This document shows positions 55,306 to 64,000 of a DNA stretch of 64,000 bases, in pieces. The position numbers and the translations under genes were made by a program. The stretch is from an uncultured Hormoscilla sp. (GTDB lineage: Bacteria; Cyanobacteriota; Cyanobacteriia; Cyanobacteriales; Desertifilaceae): assembly GCA_963921275.4 (NCBI GenBank), contig OZ001293.3, positions 512,001 through 576,000 of the forward strand, read 5' to 3'. The stretch's first letter is position 1, and each line of letters starts with the position of its first letter. Under the pieces are notes generated by a model that worked only from the letters and a program-made list of their open reading frames with translations, was not told where the DNA came from and searched no databases.

Positions 55306-57061
55306 GTGCGATTCGTTTAACGTAAATTTCACCGGTGATAACCGGTAAAAGGGACCGCTAGCAGGGTAACACAAAACCCTGACAACTTACAGATGATGGT
55401 GGTGAAAGCCCACCCCTCCAGGTGTAGGAGTGACAGCACATTCCCGACGGTAGCGATGGCATCAATCCGTAAAGCGGGAATGAAAGGCGACTGGTAGCCT
55501 ACACCGGTCCGATACCTGAGGGGTTGCCTGCGTTGCATCCCGAAGGCATCGAAGCCAAGCAAGTAGCCATGATGAGCATAAAGCAAAGATTTGCAGCGTC
55601 GTAACATAAAACCAGTGAAATAAGGCTGACGGCCCAAAAGGGAAAGGATACAGGTCGCTGGCGGTTCTGCTCACCGACCAGTAAGCACCGACAACAAACC
55701 CGGCGTAAGGAATCCATCCTTAGCTACAACTAATCACCTGTAGGAACGAAGTAACCTGATCATGTACTCTCTATCGAGTCGGTGCGATTCGTTCTAGCCT
55801 AACGTGGTCAAACACGGAACGCTAGCCCGGTTTCATTAGCCGGGAACTCTGACCGCATGGGGGTTAAATTCCCCTCCCCCCAGGTACGGGGGTGACACCG
55901 GTCCTCGGTGCTACGAAGCGACATCATCGTGGTGCTAAGCGAGGACTCAAATGTAGGATAACTGGCAGCCTAAGCCGGTGACGCCGCTAGGAAAGATATC
56001 CAAGGTTAGAGCAGGCAAACATGTGCAAGCCTCGTTATAAGGAACCAGCGAAATAAGGCTATATGCGCTGGCCTAAAAAGGAAATGGTAGCTAGTATTAG
56101 TTTTAGACTCTGGCTAATATAGTACTCAAATAGCTCCCGGGGTATAGTGTGGACCTAAAGGTATCGCGAAATGTTGTTAGGGAACGAAGTAACCTCTCGT
56201 GTGCTGTCCATCAGGACAAGTTAGATGTTAAGCGCAAGCCACGGGGGGAGGGATGGCCCAAGAAGCGAATGCCCGGGGTAATTCCTGGGATAACATCTAC
56301 AGTAATGTAGATGATGCTGGGTAGCCAGCGCTGACGTGGGTCGGTGATACTAGGAAGCTGCTGGAATGAGTAATCCTAAAAAGCCACGGAACTAATCCGA
56401 AACGCAAGTGGAGGATAAGGTATGGATAACTGGTAAAACTGACTTGAAAATGGTGATACTAACGGTTATCAGAACAACCACTCGCTAAACCAGGAAAGGG
56501 AAGAAAAGACAGGCGGCAAGGGCTAACGGAAGTAATTCCTATTAAGTCTACCTATGAAAAGGGCCTAGTACCCAGTAGCCGGATGTGGTGAAAATCGCAA
56601 GTCCGGTTCCTCAAGGGAGGGTCGGGAAGCGATTCCCGGCTCGACCCCATCCATAGCCACCAAAGGCGCAACCTCTGCCTTCATCAGGCAGGTCATGATT
56701 AGGAAGGATTTCGTGGAGAAGCAAACGCCTATCTGTAATGGACAGGATAAGCCGACCACGGTAATGTCAAATGTGAAGTTGTAAGTAGCAGTAAAAACCT
56801 TATGAGCACGGTAATCAAACCAATGAATGAATGGAGGACAACCCCCCCTGGCGAAAGCTGGAAAGGAAAGTCTTTTGCTTCTGAGAATTTACAGAGCGGC
56901 ACAACGTGGCGACAACTGCTACGATGTAAAAAAAACTGCCAGCGATGGTAGTCGCCGTATCCATGACAGGGATGGCATTACTGAGGAGCCGGATGAGGTG
57001 AAAAGCAGATCGTCCGGTTCTGAAGACGAGACGGGGTGGCAACACCCTGGCTTAGTTTAAC
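55306..57061 (+). ncRNA. ORF-less group II intron of a second lineage (outer intron of a twintron)
   Basis: GTGCGATTCGTTT start; DV GAGCCGGATGAGGTGAAA...CCGGTTC near 56985; canonical end TTAGTTTAAC; exons join in frame. Confidence 0.9.
55782..56652 (+). ncRNA. ORF-less group II intron, 871-nt family copy 3 (inner intron of the twintron)
   Basis: Matches the other copies except C>T in DV (56586); 5' flank GAGTCG. Confidence 0.93.
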
Positions 57062-57466
57062 GAATTACCGGGAGGTGGGTATTGCGGTCCTACCCGAAAA
57101 TAACTCCAATACTAGCGTCGGTCCCCTGGTGGTTGTCCAGAATTTTGGCTCGCGCTCAAACAACGGCCTACCCTGGTTGTTGGGAGTAGTGTTTGCAGAT
57201 GCTGACGCGCGACAATTTCTACGACAGCGGCGAAGGACTAGGGGGCGTTAATGTCAACATTAGCGGTTCCAATGGTTCCTTTTCTACCAGGACTATGACT
57301 GCTGGTGACTATCAGCAGCAGGTATGGAGTTATTACTCAAGTTGTCAATATCGGGTTTGATAATACTAAACTTGACCTAATGGTTTACGGGGCTCCCTAC
57401 AAATGGTAAAGACTGTAGTCGTCACTACAAACGGCCTCTCACGCTGTCCTCTAGGTAAGACTCGCC

Positions 57467-59317
57467 GTGCAACCCGTTGACTTTACTACCCTAACTGCTG
57501 CTTGTGCTGAACTGCGCGATCGCATGCTGCCCGCCAGACTAGAACAAGTCTATCAGCGCGATCGGCACAATCTGGCCCTAGCATTGCGTACCCTGAGGGG
57601 CCGAAATTGGCTAAATATCTGCTGGCATCCCCAAGCCGCACATATATGCATCGGCGACCCACCGCCGAAAATCCCCGATACCTTTACCTTTAGCGACCAA
57701 CTCCGACATCAACTGCATGGTCTGGCCTGGGTGGCCATTGAACCAGTCGCCCCTTGGGAAAGGGCCTTAGACCTACAATTTGCCAAGCGTCCGGGAGAAC
57801 CAGCCCTCTGGCACCTGTACGTAGAGATCATGGGCAAATACAGTAACGTAATTTTAACCAATCAGCAGAACCAGATCGTCACAGCCGCCCACCAGGTAAG
57901 CGAAGAAAAATCCAGCGTCCGTCCCATTCTCACCGGTCAGCCCTACTCACTGCCACCAGCCCTGACTAATCCTATTCCCAATTTAAGCGAATCTCCCCAA
58001 CACTGGCAAGAGCGAGTGGGATTAGTTCCCGGACAGTTGTGGCGTCAACTGCTCAAATGCTATCGCGGACTGAGTCCAACCCTGGTAAAATCAATGGTCG
58101 CAGCAGCGGGGTTAGAGCCAAATCAACCTACCGATACTCTCACAGATGTAGAGTGGCAGCAATTGTGGAAATGCTGGCAATTCTGGTTGCAGGCCCTAGA
58201 AACAGCGCAATTTCATCCGGGCTGGACAAAAGAGGGATATACTATCATGGGTTGGGGCGCAACGGCACCAGTCCCTTCTACCCATGAATTGCTCGATCGC
58301 TACTATACCAGCCAGTTGAACCGCCAGGAATTCACCCAACTCCGCCATCAACTCCTGCAAAAACTCGATCGCCTCTTAGAAAAGCAGGGTCAAAAAGCCC
58401 TGACATTCTGGGAACGGTTACAGCAATCGGACTCCGCCGACGAGCATCGTCAACAGGCTGACTTGCTGATGGCCTACTTGCAAGAATGGCAACCGGGAAT
58501 GACATCCATTTCCCTGTGCGACTTCCAAACAAATGTACCCATTACCATTCCCCTAGATCCCAAAAAGAATGCTATCCAAAATGCTCAATCCCTTTACAAG
58601 CGTCACCAGAAGCTGAAACGGGCCCGCAGTGCAGTTGAACCATTATTCAACCAAGTGAAGGTAGAAATTGAGTATCTCGAACTGGTGAAAGCTACCGTCT
58701 GGCAACTGGATAGCTACGAGGCTAAGGAAGATTTACAAACTCTAGCAGAAATTCGCGAAGAGTTAATCGGTCAGGGATATTTGGACAAGTCCGAACAGCC
58801 CCGCCTTCGATGCCTTCGGGATGCTAGCGGCTGCGCAGCCGCTGCGCTAACGCAAAAACCTACGATGCCCGAGGGGAGCGCTAGTCGCACTACCCCTCGG
58901 GCATCGCTCAGGCATCGACGCCATACTGATACTTCTGTTCCTTATCGTTTCCAGACACCCAGCGGTTTTGAACTGTTAATCGGTCGCAACAACCGGCAGA
59001 ATGACCAGATCTCTTTTCGGATCGCCAATGACTATGACCTCTGGTTTCACACCCAAGAAATTCCTGGTAGTCACGTGCTCATGCGGTTACAACCTGGTAA
59101 ACTACCCGATGACGTGGATTTGCAATTTGCCGCCGACCTGGCAGGGTATTATAGTCAGGGACGCCAGAGCGATCGGGTGCCGGTGGTGTACACAGCCCCC
59201 AAGCATGTTTATAAACCCAAGGGCGCCAAACCTGGTATGGTCATCTACAAGCAAGAGACTGTCCTCTGGGGGCGGCCCCAACAGGCGAGCGGGCGAGCGG
59301 TGATTGAAAAGATATAA
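57467..59317 (+). CDS. rqcH: NFACT/RqcH (FbpA-like) ribosome quality control protein
   Basis: MQPVDFTTL, VEIMGKYSN, GRNNRQND, WFH....PGSHV; ~37-aa in-frame insert at ~58808-58917. Confidence 0.88.
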   Translation: MQPVDFTTLTAACAELRDRMLPARLEQVYQRDRHNLALALRTLRGRNWLNICWHPQAAHICIGDPPPKIPDTFTFSDQLRHQLHGLAWVAIEPVAPWERALDLQFAKRPGEPALWHLYVEIMGKYSNVILTNQQNQIVTAAHQVSEEKSSVRPILTGQPYSLPPALTNPIPNLSESPQHWQERVGLVPGQLWRQLLKCYRGLSPTLVKSMVAAAGLEPNQPTDTLTDVEWQQLWKCWQFWLQALETAQFHPGWTKEGYTIMGWGATAPVPSTHELLDRYYTSQLNRQEFTQLRHQLLQKLDRLLEKQGQKALTFWERLQQSDSADEHRQQADLLMAYLQEWQPGMTSISLCDFQTNVPITIPLDPKKNAIQNAQSLYKRHQKLKRARSAVEPLFNQVKVEIEYLELVKATVWQLDSYEAKEDLQTLAEIREELIGQGYLDKSEQPRLRCLRDASGCAAAALTQKPTMPEGSASRTTPRASLRHRRHTDTSVPYRFQTPSGFELLIGRNNRQNDQISFRIANDYDLWFHTQEIPGSHVLMRLQPGKLPDDVDLQFAADLAGYYSQGRQSDRVPVVYTAPKHVYKPKGAKPGMVIYKQETVLWGRPQQASGRAVIEKI

Positions 59318-59915
59318 TAGGGCTAATTTATGCTTTAGCTAACATCAGATAAAATCTTTTTATGTAAAGTTCAGAAAATTTATGTAAATTTTTATGACAA
59401 AAAATTAGTGTATGTTGCTACAATATATTTAAGGTGATTCCCGGAAAAGAAAATACCTGGATGAACTCCAAAGCACGACGGTACCCGAGAGGAAAGCCAA
59501 ACCTGCATGTCGGATCTTGGTACCTTTTTTTTCAGAAATCACCTAAGAGAAAAAAAAGTTAAACATTTACCCGCCTACGCCTTGGGAAGCGCAGTTCGGG
59601 TTTCCTCTCTCCGACAACTGATCGACAACTTTGACCAAGACCAGCGATAATATAGCTGGTCTTGGTTTATTGTGCTTGACATGAGGCGGTTTGCATTCCG
59701 ATGAGGTACAGACGCACATTAGATAGCCGGTGAAGACTAGATATGGATGTACTCCACGAGGATGAAAACCACTATAAATGCGTTGACGGGAGCGCGATCG
59801 CCTCTCATACTGTTATAATGGCTACAGTTGCGGAGCTCCTGGTCAAAATCCCTATGTTGACCGAGCAAAAACACCTGTAACGAGCAAAAAGCGTCAGTAG
59901 ATACTATAGAGTAAA

Positions 59916-60641
59916 ATGATCAATCAATATACAAATATTACTGAGTATTACGACTTGTGGGTAAATTCTGGTTACTACGACTACCAAATCCTCGCTTCCG
60001 AAGCACACTCAATTGTGGGGAATGGTCGTGAGGTGCTTGAGTTAGGCGTAGGAACGGGACTACTGGCAGAAAAGTACATTGAGATTGACCCAACATGCGA
60101 GTTTACGGGAGTTTATTTTACTGCATCCATGCTGGAGATTGCCAAGAAACGGTTGGGAGATACATTTAAATTGATAGAAGCAGATGCTGTAACAATGGAC
60201 TTAAACGCAACCTTCGATGTAGCGATATCTAATGGAGGAGTGTGGGGAATTCTGGATTTGGACGATCGCGATCGATGGGAATTTGGAGGCCACGTTCCCA
60301 GCATTGAAGCCAACCGTCAAGGGTTAACAAACTTAGCTAACCACTTACGAGAAGGAGGATTATTATTGTTACACCTGCAAAAATCACACGAGGACTTTTA
60401 AAAATCCCTACCTAGGGGAATTATTTATTCCCAATTTGTAGAAGAAGGAGAAGATAGGAGTGAATATCATACTTTTTATAAGAATTATAGATTTAAACAA
60501 GATGGAAAAATAATAGCTGAAGAACAGCTATTATTTACCTGCTTTAAACCAGAGATTTCTAGAAAGATGTTAAGCGAAGCAGGATTTGATTTCCAAGACA
60601 CCAGTAATGGCGATCGCTTTGCAATTTATCAAAAGCGGTAG
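59916..60641 (+). pseudogene. class I SAM-dependent methyltransferase with in-frame TAA at 60399
   Basis: VLELGVGTG motif I; frame continues to TAG at 60641. Confidence 0.8.
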
Positions 60642-60769
60642 TAAACATATTACCAAAAGAACAATGGGGCAAAGTATTTGGAAATCAACTTTTCTGTTTG
60701 CCGCGAAAAGTATATGGGCAAAGAATTTGCCTCTGAAAAAAAGATTTATGCAGAATTATAATATTCGAT

Positions 60770-60936
60770 GGCGTTGCACATTGAGGGATGATAGCAGCCA
60801 ATTGTTGAAAATTGCTAATTGCTAATTGCTAATTGCCAAGAGTAAATACATCTATTCATGACCAAAAATGACTATCTGGATTAACCTTTGAGTATTAGCA
60901 ATTAGCAACCTTATCATCCCGTCGTTGTGCAACGCC
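60770..60936. mobile_element. MITE with an STRR-filled core
   Basis: TIR GGCGTTGCACA...GGGATGATA; 8-bp TSD TATTCGAT. Confidence 0.85.
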
Positions 60937-60991
60937 TATTCGATGACTATTTCGATTCAGCTTAGCTGACGAATTAAACCTTTGCCACCAG

Positions 60992-61447
60992 ATGCAAATA
61001 GCTATTTTTCATCACGAACTACACCTATTCGGGATGAAGATACCTGATGACTATGACCAGTTCTCACTCTATATGCAAGTTCTGAATTATGACGCTGTTG
61101 TCGGAACTTACCGAATTGTTCTTCCTAACCCCTCTCTCGGACTACCCATAGAGGAAAGTGGGTTTGACATCAAGCAGTTCGATCCTCATAAGGTCTGCGA
61201 AATGTCACGTCTCGTCCTGCTTAAAGAAAAGCGAGGTAAAATTCCCTTTAGCAAAATAATCTCTTCTGCTTGTAGGGTCGCCAAACAGCATGACGCTTCC
61301 ATTCTATTGGTTGCGATTCTCCCTCGCAATTTTCTCCTATTTAAAAGATATGGCTTCTCACAAGTGGGGCCACCACTCTCGGATCCTTCTGTTGAGTCTA
61401 TTGACACAGAAGAAGCAGTCGTTATCCCAATGCAAATACATGTTTGA
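60992..61447 (+). CDS. GNAT / acyl-amino-acid synthase-like protein (upstream region disrupted by a MITE)
   Basis: D.YD..S, VGTYRIV and EMSRLV motifs of the LuxI/FeeM-like GNAT fold. Confidence 0.6.
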   Translation: MQIAIFHHELHLFGMKIPDDYDQFSLYMQVLNYDAVVGTYRIVLPNPSLGLPIEESGFDIKQFDPHKVCEMSRLVLLKEKRGKIPFSKIISSACRVAKQHDASILLVAILPRNFLLFKRYGFSQVGPPLSDPSVESIDTEEAVVIPMQIHV

Positions 61448-61448
61448 T

Positions 61449-61590
61449 GGGTGCATCTCAGAATAAAAAATTGAGAATGGAAAATTGAGAATGGAAAATT
61501 AAGAATTGCCCCATTTTTTATTAGTCATTCGCAATTCGCAATTCGTAATTAGCTATTTTCCATTCGCAAATACAAAAGTGAGATGATCCC
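61449..61590. mobile_element. MITE with ISKra4-like ends
   Basis: GGGTGCATCTCA ... TGAGATGATCCC, same ends as the 16697-18991 element; core of heptamer repeats. Confidence 0.7.
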
Positions 61591-61694
61591 TCTTTTATTT
61601 CTCTATTTCAGCAATAATCAGAAAGGCCAGCTAGTAGTTAGCAGACAACTGACAACTAACAACTGATAATTGACAACTAACAACTGACCAAATA

Positions 61695-63100
61695 TTAATG
61701 TAGGTCTGATTGCCAGATGCAGATGTAGAGGCGATCGCGCTTAGTTTCCCACTTAATGATGCCTTCAAGGGGACCGAGGGTAAAGGAGTAGTGGGCGGCG
61801 TCTCCTGGGTAGTGCGACTAGCGCTCCCAGGAGACACCGGGGGACTGGCGAGTCCAAACCTGTTGGAGTCCGTGCGATTCGTTCTAGCCTAACGTGGTCA
61901 AACACGGAACGCTAGCCCGGTTTCATTAGCCGGGAACTCTGACCGCATGGGGGTTAAATTCCCCTCCCCCCAGGTACGGGGGTGACACCGGTCCTCGGTG
62001 CTACGAAGCGACATCATCGTGGTGCTAAGCGAGGACTCAAATGTAGGATAACTGGCAGCCTAAGCCGGTGACGCCGCTAGGAAAGATATCCAAGGTTAGA
62101 GCAGGCAAACATGTGCAAGCCTCGTTATAAGGAACCAGCGAAATAAGGCTATATGCGCTGGCCTAAAAAGGAAATGGTAGCTAGTATTAGTTTTAGACTC
62201 TGGCTAATATAGTACTCAAATAGCTCCCGGGGTATAGTGTGGACCTAAAGGTATCGCGAAATGTTGTTAGGGAACGAAGTAACCTCTCGTGTGCTGTCCA
62301 TCAGGACAAGTTAGATGTTAAGCGCAAGCCACGGGGGGAGGGATGGCCCAAGAAGCGAATGCCCGGGGTAATTCCTGGGATAACATCTACAGTAATGTAG
62401 ATGATGCTGGGTAGCCAGCGCTGACGTGGGTCGGTGATACTAGGAAGCTGCTGGAATGAGTAATCCTAAAAAGCCACGGAACTAATCCGAAACGCAAGTG
62501 GAGGATAAGGTATGGATAACTGGTAAAACTGATTTTAAAATGGTGATACTAACGGTTATCAGAACAACCACTCGCTAAACCAGGAAAGGGAAGAAAAGAC
62601 AGGCGGCAAGGGCTAACGGAAGTAATTCCTATTAAGTCTACCTATGAAAAGGGCCTAGTACCCAGTAGCCGGATGCGGTGAAAATCGCAAGTCCGGTTCC
62701 TCAAGGGAGGGTCGGGAAGCGATTCCCGGCTCGACCCCATCCGAGTTGGAGTTCCTGATTTATCTGACAGCCGGACATAGCATCGAAGGTTTTCAGCACC
62801 TCCTGAAAATCAAACTCAGTCACAAAGGAAGCTTCGGTTTGGCGAATCACTCCAGAATTGCCATCAAACAGGAAGCCCAAGCTGACTCGATCGCGAATCA
62901 GTTCATAGAAAACAGCATCTGTATGGGCCAAATAGCCTTTCTCAGTCCCAGTTGGAACGCCAAACATGCGCAGGACATAACTTTTGTGAATTCCTGGTTG
63001 AAATCATGGAATTCCTACGCCGATAGGCATCTGACGACAGACCTGTTCGTGCATCTGCCAAGGAGTTAGTTGCAGTAATGAAGTTTCTTCTACAGGAACT
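61695..63100 (-). pseudogene. C-terminal domain fragment typical of cyanobacterial Ser/Thr kinases, interrupted by an intron
   Basis: SLGFLFD..SG.IRQTEASF...QL|GLQQVW...RDRLYICIWQSDLH*; 5' boundary approximate. Confidence 0.6.
61872..62742 (+). ncRNA. ORF-less group II intron, 871-nt family copy 4
   Basis: Near-identical to copies 1-3; 5' flank GAGTCC; antisense to its host gene. Confidence 0.93.
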
Positions 63101-63172
63101 ACTGCCAGAAAGAAACTGATTAGAACTGATATCACATTGAGAATGCCCCATTAGCAAGTTAGCAGTTCCCAA

Positions 63173-63832
63173 TCACCCTGCTGCCTGACGCTGCTGTTTG
63201 AGATAGGCAAAAACGGACTTATCGCCAATGTCAGGGGGGATGGCTTGCAGGGCCTTGCGCAGGGCAAACACTACAAACCCGACTGCCCAGGTAGCTAGCA
63301 AGACTCGTTCTGCCATGACTGGTAAGACGCCGGTCAGATGTCCTAACAGCAGAATTGGTACTAAGGGAGTCAGCAACTTGGTTTCCAGGCGTGAGAAGCA
63401 AAAGGCTTCCTTAAAGTAAATTCCTGTCAAGGCGGCGAAAGTGAAGCCGATGCCAAATAAAGTGGTTGGGTGGTTGTAGACAGTCAAGGCCAAAGGTTCC
63501 CTGAAGAACAGTACGTACCCGATCGCGGCCAGGACTCCGACGATCCAAAACAGCTGTAGCGCGCGGTGCAGTACTGCCAGATAGATGTGAATGGTAAGTA
63601 AGCTGACGCCTAGGGCTAAACAAAACACTGCATAGAGGGGGGTGATGGCCTTAATAACAGCTGGGGTGCCTCCTTGCCACAGCACTAGGGTACTACCGAT
63701 GGCAAAGCAGAAGGCGGCTATGTTTAAGCCGGTGCGATAGATAATCACGCCCGATCGATCGGCCTCTGTAATAGTAAAGGAGCCAAACTGACCTTGATAG
63801 ATTTCTGGTTCCGATGCTTGCAACTGAGTCAT
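63173..63832 (-). CDS. DUF2301 membrane protein
   Basis: YQGQFG.F.I, IHIY...LH, FAALTGI.FKE.FCF, DIGDKSVF. Confidence 0.85.
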   Translation of the reverse strand: MTQLQASEPEIYQGQFGSFTITEADRSGVIIYRTGLNIAAFCFAIGSTLVLWQGGTPAVIKAITPLYAVFCLALGVSLLTIHIYLAVLHRALQLFWIVGVLAAIGYVLFFREPLALTVYNHPTTLFGIGFTFAALTGIYFKEAFCFSRLETKLLTPLVPILLLGHLTGVLPVMAERVLLATWAVGFVVFALRKALQAIPPDIGDKSVFAYLKQQRQAAG

Positions 63833-64000
63833 AGCTTGCTAGTTGAGATGTCATGAAAATTAACTTCTATCTTATCTTTCCAGTCTAGCTGCAGTTGAGA
63901 TTGAGCATTACCTCCATTGACAGCAATCTCTACCCAGCCATGACTTCCTACCAAGGAGATCGCCTCTAGAGGCGGGCTGTCTGCATAAGTATTGCTACCC

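Larger units (their letters stand above)
53749..57330 (+). pseudogene. RTX, Calx-beta and CAP/SCP domain protein disrupted by micro-insertions and a twintron
   Basis: RTX repeats, Calx-beta motif, LAWSEEL..AA..H, AENI; HRNIMMS|RNYREVGIA after intron removal. Confidence 0.8.

Overview
Cyanobacterial chromosome segment (abundant HIP1 GCGATCGC, heptamer STRR tracts, psb34-family genes) showing heavy genome erosion. Housekeeping genes (rsmG, prs, yqeY, bioD, sbcD, a group-2 sigma factor, yebC, ubiH-like, lptA/B/FG, NFACT) alternate with many pseudogenes and mobile DNA. The dominant signal is ten ORF-less group II introns in 64 kb: four near-identical 871-nt copies, a head-to-tail dimer, a twintron, and one intron inside an ISKra4 transposon. 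Exon reconstruction, EBS1/IBS1 pairing and gamma-gamma' covariation indicate that nine of them belong to a lineage whose 3' splice site lies 8 nt after the bulged A and can end in CC or CU rather than AY. Also present: several families of 21-42-nt micro-insertions that nest inside each other and inside genes; nested MITEs with target-site duplications; IS982, ISKra4, IS630 and UPF0236-type elements; a four-gene Rpn (PD-(D/E)XK) array; and a six-gene array of small psb34- and psb35-like genes, five of them with their own HLR1 box. No CRISPR array, tRNA, rRNA or intron reverse transcriptase was seen. All family calls come from motif recognition by eye, not database searches.
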